64,000 nt of DNA, from the NCBI GenBank assembly GCA_028534125.1, contig CM052817.1:27158001-27222000 (forward strand), read 5' to 3'. Source of the stretch: Lama glama. Taxonomy: Eukaryota. Below the pieces are notes generated by a model, which saw nothing but the letters and a program-made list of their open reading frames with translations, was not told the DNA's origin and did not search any database. Both the position numbers and the translations under genes were made by a program. Positions 24,656 through 37,600 of the stretch are shown piece by piece (the first letter of the stretch is position 1; each line of letters opens with the position of its first letter).

Positions 24656-25087
24656 GTGGCTACAGAATCAACATGTGCTTTTAACTCTAATTGATCATGT
24701 ATCATGCTTTACATATAAGAGATTCAGTGTTAGATATTTTGACATAATAATTTGTCCTAATCCAGTCTATTTGGATAAATGGTGAGTTTGTGATGCTCTC
24801 TCTAGATGTATTTTCCAAAACGAATGTGGTCTTTTAAATTGTAAAATTATAAGCAACAACAATACAGGAATAAAAGAGCCTCTGAACCCAGAATCACTTG
24901 ATGCATATAATCACTGGTCATATGAACTGTTTATTCCTAAACCCACATTGCTCAAAATTTTGCTTGATTCTGAAGCTTTTTGTTCAAACAAAATCCTATA
25001 GAGATTTGGGACTTTCTCAAATTTTATTTTTTAAAGTAAGCATGCAATCATAATTACTGCCTCCCTGTTAGTGGACAGCTTGTGCTC

Positions 25088-25230
25088 AGCAGTTCTCAGC
25101 TCTGACTGCACATTAGACTCACTTGGGAGCTTTTGATTTAAAATGATCTGGATCAGGGCCTGGGCACTGTTATTTCATAAAAGTTTCCCCCAAGTGATTC
25201 CAATGTGCAGCCAGGGTGGAGAACCCAGCA
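25088..25230. mobile_element. MER5-type hAT-Charlie MITE
   Basis: cagcagttctcagctctgactgcacattagactcacttgggag...aagtgattccaatgtgcagccagggtggagaacc with terminal inverted repeats. Confidence 0.75.
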
Positions 25231-25993
25231 GATGACAAAACAAGTGAGAATAAGTTGCGCAGGGAAATATTGGCAAATGTAAGATTTAAAACGTATTTTC
25301 ATGATTATTTCTGTGGGGGTGTGTGAAGGGATGTGCATCCGGGGAATATAGTTACAGTTTCTGCCAACAACATTGTTCTTAATTCATGTGATGGAAGAAA
25401 ATATCAGTGTTTCATGGTGAACTCCAAAGAAGAGTATGAAATTCCAGACACCTGAGCAAATTTGACAACAGTTTCTTTAGGAGAATCTTCCTATTTTCTG
25501 GATCAAATCACAGATGTCCCAGAGTATAAGCTCATATCATAGTCACTGTCCTTTGTGTGAATACATTCATTTATTAAATAAAAAGTTCTTGAACACCTGC
25601 ATTGTTTCAGGTACTGCCAGGCACTAAATGCCCAAGGAAGGGTAAGACATAGATTCTTTTTTCAAGTAAGTGACTCTTCACCTCAGTGTGGGAGATAAGC
25701 AGGAATACAAATAAGATAAGATAAGCAGGAATACAAATAAGAGTAAGCAAAGGTAAAAAAAATTTTAAGAACTGTTATTAAAACAGCACCGCACCAACCA
25801 TTCAGAACATCCCAGTTACAGTGGCGCCAGCCACAGACAGTCAGTTCAGTGCAACTGGCTGCCTTGAGTGTAGGTAACACAAAGTGGAATATTTTATATA
25901 CCAGAAGAGTAATGTAAACAAGAGGTAGCAGAGGGAAGAGAAAACTTCTGTAATTCCAAGTTCATATTTCCCCCATAGAGAGAAAAGAATGAG

Positions 25994-26705
25994 TGTGGTT
26001 GATAGCACCCATTCTTTATCCTGTCCTATACGCACCCTTTGCCAAGTGAATGCAGTTCTTTTTGCTAAGGAAGTGGAGTCTTGTTTCCCTACCCTGTTGA
26101 TCAAGGAAGGCCTTTGGACTTGCTTTGGTAAATAGAATATGGCAGAAATGACGATGTACCAGCTCTAGGCTCAGGCTGTAAAATGCGTTGAGTAACTCTA
26201 CTTGTTCTTGCTCCTCTGCATCCCTGTGACAAGATGCCCAAGATAGCCGGAGGGTGAGAGAACATGGACAGAGCCAGGTCGTCCCATTATCCCAGACAAG
26301 CCCATCTTAAGTCAGCTTACAGCCAGCCAGCACCTATTGCAGGGCTCCTTGACAGTGGCACTGTTGACATTTGGAGTTGGATAATTCTTTGTTGTGGGAG
26401 GATATCCATTTTAGGATGTTTAGCATCATCCCTGGCCTCTATCTACTAGATGCCAGTAGCTCCCACCTCCCTCCAGTTGTGGCAGCCAGAAGAGTCTCCA
26501 GACATGCCAAGTATCCCATAAGAGAGAAAACTACCCCTGATTGAGAACCATTGCCCTGGACTTACGAGTGTATCCATTCAAGACCAGCAGAAGTACCTGC
26601 CTGCTGACTCCAGATGCATGAGCAATAAATGCTTATTGTTGTTTGCCACTGAAGTTTGTGCTTGGTGGTTACATAGCGTTATTGTGGACTAGGTAGCTAA
26701 CACAA
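25994..26705 (+). mobile_element. MLT1 (MaLR) LTR containing a nested MER20
   Basis: gacttgctttggtaaatagaatatggcagaaatgacg... and the end aataaatgcttattgttgtttgccactgaagttt...agctaacaca. Confidence 0.75.
26340..26553 (-). mobile_element. MER20 hAT-Charlie DNA transposon
   Basis: ggcactgttgacatttggagttggataattctttgttgtggg...catccctggcctctatctactagatgccagtagc...gattgagaaccattg is the reverse complement of the MER20 consensus. Confidence 0.85.
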
Positions 26706-27429
26706 TGGGTGAAAACATGGAAACATGAAAGTGGGAGGTAGAACTGCACAGTAGAGAGCAGTCCAGTGTGGTGAAACATGACAGATGGGTTTGTAGGTAG
26801 AATGGAGGTTAGTATGAGGTACAGATAAGACTGGAAAACTAGGTTGGGGCTGTATCCATGGAACTTTAGATGCCTTGGTATGAATTGTAGACATGATTAT
26901 TCATGGGCTGGGGACAGCTGTCAGAGGTTTTATGTATGTATTTATCATTTATTTATAGCAGCGGGAACAGTATTATCAGTCCGTACTTTAGGCAACAATA
27001 GGAAGAGGAAATTCAAGGCCAGAGGGAGGATTTTGCAGTAGTTCAATTGATTGGTGCAGAAGGCCTGAATTAGGGAATAATCGTAGGTTTGAAAAAGAGA
27101 GGTTGGTTGCCAGAGCCATTTGGGTGTAAAACTGATACAATTAAGGAATCTGTACACTGCTGCCTTTGCACATTTGGTTCCCTGAATGTGAAATATCCCC
27201 TTTCCTCTGGGGATTCTCTACTCAATCTTCAGTACTCAGCTCAACACTCAAGATAAATCTTTTTGGTGGCGTCTTCCATGTCTCATGAAGATAGAGCTTA
27301 TATAGGTCTTACCACCTATTTTTTCCCTCCAATAGGACTGTGTTAATCTTTTTACTGTTGAATTTTCCATCTTTTAACTAATCAGTTGTAAGTCTGTCTC
27401 ATAAATATTATCAACTGTTAATTTCCTTT

Positions 27430-28900
27430 TTAAGCATCTACTCTGTGTTTGGCTCGGTGGTAGGTGCTTGGGGGACAGTGAATTAGAGAGGTATGTGTTT
27501 TCTTGAAGCTGATGGCCTTCCTAGGGCAGTTACACAGGTAAACAGGCAATCACCATACATGCTGGGATAAGGGAAGCAAGGAAGGGCATAGGAGCCTAGG
27601 AGGGACACTGGATCTGGAACAGAGTGTGCCAACGAAGGCCTCTCAGAGGAAGGAAATGGCAAAGAGGTAGGGTTTGGTAAAGGAGGAGTTGAAGCCAGGA
27701 GACTGTGGGTTTTATGGCCCCAATTAAGAGGAGACACAGCATATTTGAGAAACAGAAGAAAACTCAGCAAAGCTTAATCATGAAGGACCTTGTGAATTAT
27801 GATCAGAGCTGTGCTGGGAAAAATTACACTAAAAGCTCCACCTCATGGAGCTGTTAATAATACAGATACCTGAGTCTCACTCCAAACCTACTGAATCACC
27901 ACAACCGGAGTGTGTGGCTTGTATATGTGTGTGTGTCTGTGTGTGTGTGTGTGAATGTGTATGTGTATATATATGTATTTAAGGCTCCAGAGGTGATGCT
28001 GGTGAGTTTCTAGGCTTGAGAACTGTGGGCATCCAGTGGAGAGAAAGGACTGGAGGGAAGGGCAAGTTTGGATCAGGGAGACCAGGGAGCCAGGTGGGTG
28101 GGTGATAATGGGTTGAGCGGGCTTGAAAAACCATGTGTAGAGTATGAGATATTTAGAAGTTAGAATCAATAGAACTTAAGATTGATTGGTTGTAGGGGGA
28201 TGGAGGAGTGTGGCTCAAGGGAGATTCCCAGGTTGCTGGAGTGGTCATGGAGAGGTAGGTAGTGTGTTTCACTCCTTTAGGAAACGTCAGAGGAACAGGT
28301 TTCATGAAAAAGATAAGGCTTTTATTTTTAGTTGCGTTTGAGATGCTTACTGGAACCTCCACATAGAATTGTCTACTAGATAATTGGTTATAAGAGTCTG
28401 GGATTCAGGGGCAACATCTAGTCTGGAGTGAAAAGAACTGTAAATCATGACTATACACCTGGCAGTGGAGCCTATGGGAGTGGGTGAAATTGACCAGGGA
28501 GTATGCGAGAAGGAAAAAGAGAACTGGGAAGAACTATACAACATTCAAGAGATGAACAGAAGATGAACGTACTGAAAAACCAAGATAGAGAAGTCAGAAA
28601 TGCTGGTGGACAACTAAGAGAGTGGAGTCTTGGAAGCTAATGAAAGACAAGTTTTCAAGAAGGAAGGGGTGAACACAATTGTCAAATTAATTTTCAAATG
28701 CTGCCAAGAAGGCAGACAATGGACTGAAGAGTGACCACTGGCTTTGGCTACTGAAAGCTGTTGGAGTCTTGGCTGGAGCCGATTCAGTGGAGTGGTGGGG
28801 TAGAAGCCAGACTGCGGAGGGGGTGAGTCGTGAGTGGGAGGTGAGAAAGTGTGGACAGTGAAAGATTCTTCACATTAGGTCTGTTTTCTTGGTTATTACA
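27430..28900. mobile_element. L2 fragments with a nested MER5-type MITE (~27810-28025) carrying a TG-rich tract
   Basis: L2-like purine-rich text (ttttagttgcgtttgagatgc, caaatgctgccaagaagg); MER5 motifs (cagatacctgagtctcactcc...ggtgatgctg...ttgagaactg). Confidence 0.6.
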
Positions 28901-31069
28901 GAATCCTCTGCACTCAGATGTTAAATAGGTGAAAGTTTGGGTAATGGAGGAAGGGGCTAAGGTGATACAATGTTTTTAGCCTGGCTGATTGGTCACATAG
29001 TAATGGCATTTGTTGAGATTTGCAGCAAAGCAGGAAGAACAGCCTGAGTTTGTTTTTGTGTTTTAGATGTGCAAGGGAGAAGGTCCTAGGTGGAATTTTG
29101 GACACGTTGAGTTTCATGCTCTTTTTTTCTGGTCATTCTATAAGTAGAATATTGTCTTCAAAATCCATTTTAATACAACCCGCAATAACTTGCAGATGAC
29201 CCAAACTAAGGTTTGCCCTTAACTTTATAAGCTTGGGAATGTAACAGAACTTACATAAAAAAAGAATAAGAAATCTAGGAATTTAAGGCAAAAGGAATGA
29301 AAAAATATATTTCTGGGTATAAGTGAACTGATGGACGAGGGGACACATCCTCTTTGGGTGAGCAGGTGGGACTACTTCTATTATGGTATTTTCAAATTGA
29401 AAATTTGATTTTTCAGTGTTTCTTAACTTCTTTGTCTTTTGAAGTTGGGAAAATTCAGTTGTATTCTGGATCGGTGGATAATTGTGACCTGGCTCTGTTC
29501 CACTTGGGCAAGATTTGTTTCCTTAATGAAGGCACTTCCTTTATCTGTTAGTGATAAGCAAGCAAGTGAAGAATTCTCATCTGCATATATGGATTGAACA
29601 TCTGTTTCTATTCTACTGTTTCAGTATAGACATCTTTCTTAGGAAATTAATGCAAATAAGTAAGCTCTCTGTTACGTAAAGCCATTTTAGATTGAGAGTA
29701 TTTATTACCTGAGTACCTTGTATGGATTAAATTGATAAGTCTGATTTTTTTCCTGATATTTTGAATGATGCAGAAATCATTGTCATGGGTTCTCTAAGTG
29801 CTGCAACAAATTTTTAGAAGATGTAATTTTGTGGGCGATGACTACCAAGCTTATCTGCGGGTGTTCACATTTGTCAGAATGCTGTGACACATTTTACTCT
29901 GCCTATAAACAATGTTCCAGAAAAGAGAGCAAAAAAAAAAAATCACCATGGAAACTCAGTAGAATGCTCTTATTTGTTTTTCTGAAAGGAAAATTCTAAA
30001 ACTAGATAATGAGATATGAAAGAGCAATGCAGATTGTGCAGCTGGCTTCCAGGAAGTGAGCTCAAAAAAGAATGGATTTGGTGCCCTGTGTGGGTCATGT
30101 TATTTATGATCTCATTTCCCTTTTCTCATGGAGAAAGGCTCTAAAGAGGCCCAGCAGATAGCCTGATGAATTTTTCTTTGTAGTGCAACCTTTTTGGAGA
30201 CACCTGCAGGTATCAGGGCCAAGAATGAATGGAGAGCTGTAGGAGTTGGCAGAGGAATGCCCTTAAGATGCCTTTAGACACATCTTGACACCTGGAATAG
30301 TGTCACTAGGGTGATTTGATTAGAATGATTTTGAGAAGAGGGAGATCAGTATCAAAAAGATATATAATACATAGTCAATGAATTGATGCATTGCTCAGTA
30401 AGAACTAAAAATTGGAATCAAGTCCAGCACGAGTTTTGTGGGGGGACTGGCAGGCAAGCTAGTTGTCCACATGACATCTAGTTGTAGCACCAAATTGGTC
30501 ATGTAGAGCTCAGTGTCTGACTTCCAAAAGCCGCTACAGAAGGGCTTCTGTGACCCTTCTTGGAGAAGCACCATCTTATAGGGACATTAGTACGTGTATT
30601 TGTCGGGGAGGGCTGAAGCACTCAGGCAGAGAGCCTGACTGACCAGGCTGGAATTCAGCTACACCATTAGCAGCTGGGAGAGCTTGGGAAGGTTACTTAA
30701 TCTCTCCAAACTTCTGTTTCCTTATCTATGAAGTGGTTATGATAATAGCACGTATCTCTTAGGGCTGTTTTGAAGAAGGAGTTAATATATAAAAGACATT
30801 CAAAGAAATGTCTGAAACATAGAAAGCACCAGTTATTAGCTGTGATTACTCAAGAATCTATGAGCAATGCTTTTTTGGCTGTGACTTTTTCTGAATTGCG
30901 TATGTTTACAAAATGACCAGCCAAGCAATTTCTGTTGTTATTCTTTAGCGATTACTTTTGATGAGTTAAAATGGGATAAATACAAATGGAGAGGGGAGAT
31001 ATTGAAACTCAGTTTTCAATCACGTGGACTCATGTAGAACACTGGGAGGTAACTGACAGATATCTCCAA

Positions 31070-31597
31070 TACTGGGAGAATTGAAAACATAGGTTCACAC
31101 AAAAGCTTGTGCGTGAATGTTCATAGCAGCACTGTTCATAATAGCCAATGAGTAGAAACAGCCCCGGTATCTGAACAGGAGAGTGGATAAATGAAAGGTG
31201 GTTTATGTATACAGTGGAGTACTATGCTGCTTAGAAATAAAAAGGAACTACTGCTATATCCTATAACATGGATGAACCCCCAAAACATTATGCTAAGTGA
31301 AAGAAACCAGATGCAAAAGACAATGTATTCTATGATTCCATTTATATGACTGTCCTGAAAAGGTGCATTTACAGAGACGGAAATCAGATCAGTGATTGTC
31401 TGGGGCTGAAGATGAGAGTGGGGATGAACTGCGAGTGGGCATGGAGATTTTTGAGATGACGAAAATGTTCTAAAACTGGATTGTAGTGAAGGTTGCACAA
31501 CTCTATAAATTTACTAAAAATTATTGAATTGGATACTTACAGTGGGTGAATTTTATAATAGGTAACTCATGTATCCATAAAGCTGTTAAAAAATGCA
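31070..31597 (+). mobile_element. L1MB/L1ME-type 3' end
   Basis: gaatgttcatagcagcactgttcataatagcc...aaacattatgctaagtgaaagaaaccaga...gaaaatgttctaaaactggattgtagtg...aaagctgttaaaaaa. Confidence 0.85.
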
Positions 31598-31649
31598 CAG
31601 TACTTGATTATCAATACTTGAAAAAGGAAACTGATAAGACATCTGCGCC

Positions 31650-31795
31650 AGAATTTCCTAACCTGTCTGCTCATCAGAATCACTTGGGAAATTAAAAAAA
31701 AAAGGAGTCCAAGTCTGCTTGCAGCCTTGGGGGGCCCTGCTTTCAGTGATCTTCCTGAGTGGCTGTCATGGCCAGGTGAATTGGAAACCACTGCT
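31650..31795. mobile_element. MER5-type MITE
   Basis: catcagaatcacttggg...ggccaggtgaattggaaaccactg. Confidence 0.6.
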
Positions 31796-32455
31796 CTGTG
31801 GCTCTAGATCCTGAACTGTTATAGAAAGCACAAGGACATGCATGGTCAGTAGTTGCTGACTGCACCTTCCCTTCCAGTCTATGTTAAATAGATGGCAAAT
31901 CCCCCACCTCCCCCAGCTCCCCATGATTTCCCTTGAAGCCTTTCTTCTTGTACTTAAAGCTAGACTTGGTGCTTCTTTGTATTCACCATAAGGAGTTGAC
32001 TCACCTCAGAAGCATCAGCACCATGGATTTTTTTTTTTTACTGGAAAGATGAAAAGAAGCATTAGCCACAGAGCAAACAACATTCCTCCTCCCCCTAAAT
32101 CCTGGATGCCCTCTTTCTGTGACCCTTCTGCCAACGTACTGCCACTACTTTACAAAGCTTGGGTGACCCTGTGAATTCTTGCTCCACCTGCTTTTCTCAG
32201 TGAGGGAGGGCTCCTCAGGCTGGGCAGCCTCTCTGCCTCCCTGGAATTCTGAGGAATACCGTTTTCTTCATTTTGTGGACTAGTTATTGCTTGTTTGTCT
32301 TAGGTCTGCATTTATGTCCTGCTTTGTGCAACTCAGGTCATCAGATAGCTCCAGAGGGAATGATGTGGGCGGGGGTTGGCCATGTCGTGGTGTGTGATGT
32401 TGCTGTGCCGTGGATGATCCAATGGTGTCAAGGGCTCTGGGCTTGGGAGTCTGAC

Positions 32456-32602
32456 TAGTGTTGCCAGATTTGGCAAATAAAAATACAAGGCACCCAGTTA
32501 GATTTGAGTTTCGATTAAATAACAGAATTTTTAGTATCAATATGTCCCTTTATCTGAAATTTGAATCTAACTTTGTATCCTGTATTTTATTGGGCATCCC
32601 TA
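32456..32602. mobile_element. MER53 palindromic hAT MITE
   Basis: tagtgttgccagatttggcaaataaaaatacaaggcacccagttagatttgagtttc ... tttatctgaaatttgaatctaact...cctgtattttattgggcatcccta; the arms are inverted repeats. Confidence 0.8.
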
Positions 32603-33399
32603 AAATTTCCATCAAACTTGCCTTCACTTTTGACTTCTCTACTTGACTAGTTAGGAATTCAGCAGGTGACTTAGCATCTCTGAACCTTGGTTTCTTTATC
32701 TGAAAATTCAGGTACATGTTACCTGCCAGTATCGGCTTCCGTCCTTCTCACTGGACTCTAAGCTCGTGAGGGACAGTGGTTAGCCTTATGTGCTGAGTTG
32801 AGAACTTTTGGTTACATTTGATTGTCTGGAATTTAATCAAATGGCCATACCTAGCTCTCAGGGTGTCTTGAATATGCTCTTTATCCTAGATAACTATGTG
32901 CCTAAGGTACAAATAGAGGATACTATTGTATGGGAAGAATTTGGGGACAATTAGCAAATCTTGACCACACATTTTGTTTTCTCTCTGCAATACTGTTAAA
33001 TAAATGCTATTGATGAAACACAGTTAATAAAACAAAGCATATTACCTAGCTGCAACAATCAAGAAATTGTTTGGATCATTGCCAAGGATATAGCAAGGAG
33101 GATTATTCTTGGATTCAGCTCATTTGCTGTTTTATCCTGCCGTGTTGGGGAAATATTTTAATCCTTCAGTGCTCTACTTTTCCATTTGTGTGGTCATATT
33201 CTGCCAGAAAAAGAGGGGGGTCTATATTGATCGGGTCCACAGATATAATCATATTACATGGCTGAGTATTGATCCTGTGTTTGTCAGGTCACTTACAATT
33301 TATATACCTCATCTTCTTCTGGTGACTTAGTTCAAGTAGAAGTGTGTTTTGCAGGCATTAGTTTCTAAAGTCAGCACATAAAGCAAATATTATTTGTAG

Positions 33400-33525
33400 T
33401 TAAAAGTACTCCTGAGTGTTGTCTGACATAGTGACTCACTTCTAACCAACAGGGTATGGAAAGGGGAAAACAGTAGCTTTACAGTGGAGGAGACTGACAG
33501 CACCACCTTTAACCAAATATCCAAG

Positions 33526-33558
<33 letters not shown>

Positions 33559-33995
33559 CCTCAGGTGCCCCCTGATACGACGCAGCGAGAAGGATGCTTC
33601 ATCCCTGTGTTATTCTTCTCTGCAACCCGAACCCCAGATTAGTCTGAGAAAGCAGCAGACACACCCAAACTGAGAGACATTCTACAAAATACCTGACCAA
33701 GTACCTTTCAAAAGTATCAAGATCATGAAAGTCAAGGGAAGACGAAGAAGCTGTCACTGGTTGGAGGAGACTAAGGCATCTTGATGACTAAACACAATAA
33801 GGACATTAGTGGAAAAACCAGAGAAATCTGAATGAACTCTAGTTTGGTTAGCAATATTGTACCAATGTTAATTTCTTACTTTGAAGAAATGCGCACGGTT
33901 AGATAAGATGTTTACATTAGGGGAAGCTGGGTGAAGGGCACATGGGAGCTCTCCTGGCAACTCTTCTTAAATCTAAAGTTATTTTTTTTAATGTT
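33400..33995 (+). mobile_element. L1MC-type 3' end with internal (AAT)n
   Basis: agtgactcacttctaac...cccaaactgagagacattctacaaaatacctgacca...aggacattagtggaaaaac...taggggaagctgggtgaaggg; (AAT)n at ~33529-33557. Confidence 0.8.
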
Positions 33996-34109
33996 CTTTT
34001 AGAAAAGTACTTCTTAACTTCTCTTGAGAATGTGCTGTGTTGTGAATGAGAACCATGTGCTACCTTGAAAGAAGATTAGCATGTCTGTTCTCCTGCCAGG
34101 GTCAGAGCA

Positions 34110-34610
34110 GATTGCTGCTTTATCAATAGATATTTAACATGGGTTTTCCTGGTACTAGATGCACAGCAGTGAGCAAAACAGTAAAAAAAAAAAAAAAAAA
34201 CCCCAAAAAACAAAAAAAAAAAAAAAAAAGAAAAACAAACCCTCAAAACCTCTCTGCCCTGATGGAGCTTACACTCTAGTGGAGAAGATAGCAAATAATA
34301 CAAAATGGATAGTATATTATATTGTATTAAGAGATGTTGAGAAAATAAAACAGAGAAGGAAGAAATGAAGTTCTGGAGGGTTGACACACATTTAGCTTGA
34401 AGAAGCAAAGAAGACCTCACTGAGAAGGTGACTTTAATGTAAAGATATGAAGGAAGTGAGGAAATGAGCCATGTGGATTGTATAGTTATTTCGGGGAGAA
34501 AGTCTCCTAGACAGAGGAAACAGCATGTGCAAGGGGCGTAAGATATCACATGCTTACTGATGTATTTGAAGAACAGCATGGGATGCTGTTTGCCTGTTTG
34601 AGCCTCAGAG
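34110..34610 (-). mobile_element. L2 3' fragment with an inserted A-rich tract (34183-34240)
   Basis: ctctgccctgatggagcttacactctagtgg...gaagacctcactgagaaggtgacttt...atgtatttgaagaacagca. Confidence 0.7.
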
Positions 34611-37159
34611 TAACTAGTTTTCATTTGGGGTCATGTTGTAGGGAAAATGTGTATCTTTAACTCCTGGAATCACACTCAATTTGAGATGCTCACACTATGA
34701 GCAGCATATAGGAACTCAGCCTGATTGAAGGGGCAGTCTTCTTCCATCTTATCCAGTGCCGTATGCTTATCCAGTAAAATGTCCATTCTATTCAAAATGT
34801 TATTTTTCCCTCTTTTATTTTTGGCCAATCGCACATGGTTTATATAGAACTTGTTAAAGGCAAGTTGGATGGGATCACCTAGTACATTCATAACCGACAC
34901 ATTGAGTGTTGCTGGCCAAGATGACTTCGTCTTTGATGGCTGCCCGTCTTCTCTGGCTTTCCTTACTGAGTGCCCGCTCTCCTCCTGGCTTGTGAGAGAA
35001 GTGGCAGGAGGAGAGTGCTCAGTGTTTATTCCCTTTGGGAGAGGACGAGAACGTGGCAGCTGCTGCATGTAGTAAATTAGGATGATTCTGCTCTGCTCTC
35101 CGTGAATGTCACCCTCACTGGCAATAAAGTGTGCACTGGTAGAGTATGCAGGATGGTTGCACCTGGTTTTGGTATGCGCTTTGATAAAGAATTCCATTAT
35201 TATAGGATCCAAAAGGCAGCTCTTTAAACATGCCTGGCAAGAAGGACTGGGCCAGTTATGCAGACGTCTGTTCCAGTTCCTCACTCGTATGTAGTTCGAT
35301 GGTCCTGTGAAGGATGCTGAAGGGCTGAAAGCTCCACTGGACATGAAAGAAAACGAGAGTTTCTCCTAGAGGACAGAGAACCGTAGTTTCATTCGGAGCT
35401 TTTAAAACCATGTAACAAAAGGCAAAACACTTTTATCTTGACCTCTTCAGTCTCTTCAGTGGATCCCTTTCTCAGTCATCTTGACTTGTATGTGTGAATA
35501 TAAACTGTAAAACTGGAAAGCCCTGAGGATGTTTGTACAAAAAGAAATAAACTTTCCTTTTATTCAAAATGTATTTGTATCATCTGGCTCAGCATTTTTC
35601 ATTTTTAGGAGATGTATAAAATGGAACCCTTTCAACTGACTTGTCTCAACAACCATTTTTACTATGTCATTAGGAAAAATAACAATGATTTTGGAATAAC
35701 ATAACATGTCCCTGGGTCTGAAATATGTGCGCTTAAGTAGAAACTTTGTATCTGAGGGTGCGTTTTGATCCTTGCTTCGGGGATTGAGTTCTTTGTCTGT
35801 GTAAACTTCGTTCACGTAGTTTTAAAGTAACTACATGAAGAATTTTCCCTTCGTTTCCGAAGTGTGCTTTGCCACAGTTGGTTCTGTTTTATGTATTATT
35901 GACAGTTTGTGACTGAGCCCCTCCAGCACTGCCGGGAGAGGACTGTTGAGTCCCTTGCTGTGGTGCATTAGGAACGAACACTTTCAATAGGACCCTGGTT
36001 GCGGCCGACTGATAGAATCACTAGTTAGATTCTTGGGTTACTTTTAAGTCCTCCCCCTGAAAGGGACTTTTTTTTATGATCCTGTGAATCAAGAGTGAAA
36101 TATTCATTTGCTCAGAACCTGTTAAATTCTTAAATTTCATATAGGAGGTACAGAATAAAGACCTATTGTGGACTAAGGCTAATCTGAAAATCTCTATCAT
36201 ACTTCTCCACAAGCTGGAAAAGCTGGGTGGCCGTACGCTTGGTCTTGGTATTTAAAACCTTTGGATTTCCTGAGATTGGTGGTGGAAGGGAGTGGAAGCG
36301 AAAATGTCAGGGAAATGACTGCTCTTCTTGATCTGGGATTGTAGGGGCCTCTGTGACCTTTAATTCAAAGTTCTTTGTTAGGGGTCACCTTCAGGTTCCC
36401 CTGGAAATCACATGTGTTGGAAAGCCCCTAAATAGCTCTCTCTGGGTTCTGTAACTGTATTTAGGGCAAGGCTTCAGAGAACATCTTTTGTGGCTGCAGG
36501 AATCTGCATGCTTGGAGACCTGGAAAGACGTCGTGACATTTATATGTAATGCTCAGGGCAAAGCCCTGCCTGGATGCTGTCAGATCAGAAAGGAAGGACG
36601 TAGCATGAGTCCTCCTTAAAATCTGTGTAGACTAAGTCGTTAAATCTAAGTTAACAGGCGCGCTTCCTCCTTTGGACAAAAGAACAGGTAGTGATCAATG
36701 CTATGGAGAAAAGTAAAGTATTATTTTGGATTTTTTTCTTGCATAGTTGTATCCTAGTGTTTTTCAGCTTGTCTTCTGCTCAGCCTTTTTCATCTTCTTA
36801 TACCATCCCCAGTTGTTTAAAAAAAGAACACACACACACACAACAAAAAACCAAACCCAAAGAACAATGTGTTAAATGCAAACAATTGAAATCTAGGTGT
36901 CTGTTTCAATTAAAACACTCTTCTTTATATGTGTCATTCGCTGGGAAAGCAACACTTGCTACTGGCCTACTTACGTATTCTGAGCTCAGTGCCCCTCCCA
37001 GTCCAACAAAATATCCTTAGCCCTCTGCTGGGATAGAAGGTTGGTATGTTGTTTGTTTTGTGATTGCATCATGTGTTTTTTTTGGTTGTGTGTCTGGCTT
37101 TGTTGTTCACCTGCATCAGGATATTTTTACAAAGTAAACTCTGGGAAGACAGATATGTT

Positions 37160-37600
37160 TCTGGTATAATGATTATTGTGTTTGACTCCCTGTCATTGAT
37201 CCACCCACCATGGTACTCCCTTATGTCCAGTCCCTCCTAGTGAGCCAGTCATGGCTTTCATGTGTTCCTTGCCAGAGACTGGAAAAGGAATGGCCAACAT
37301 TGGATGAGGGGAGCGCCTATGAAAGGTTCCTGGCTTCTGAGAAAGACAGGAAGAGAAGGTTGCTTTTCTTTCTCTTGTCTTGCTGTGTCTGTAAGTGATG
37401 CCTGGAACCGCTGCAGCTATCTTGCTGCCAGCCTGCGAGTGAAGTCAGTACTTGCTGAGCTATGGAATCCCCCAGCTCTGGAGCCCGCCCACTTTGGACT
37501 TTTTATGGCATAAAATAATAATATATACCCTTGTTATTTGAGACAAGTTTGTTTGTTTATTTGTTTGTTTCATTTACAGCTGGAAGTATCCTAACCAATA
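37160..37600 (+). mobile_element. MLT1 (MaLR) LTR
   Basis: gtgatgcctggaaccgctgcagctatcttgctgcca...actttggactttt...ttacagctggaagtatcctaaccaata. Confidence 0.65.

Noticed and set aside
32015..32027. REST/NRSE-like TCAGCACCATGGA
   Set aside because: The right half-site (CAGCGCC) is absent, replaced by a T run.
34076..34624. 182-aa minus-strand ORF
   Set aside because: Lies within an L2 relic and a poly(T)-derived Phe run.
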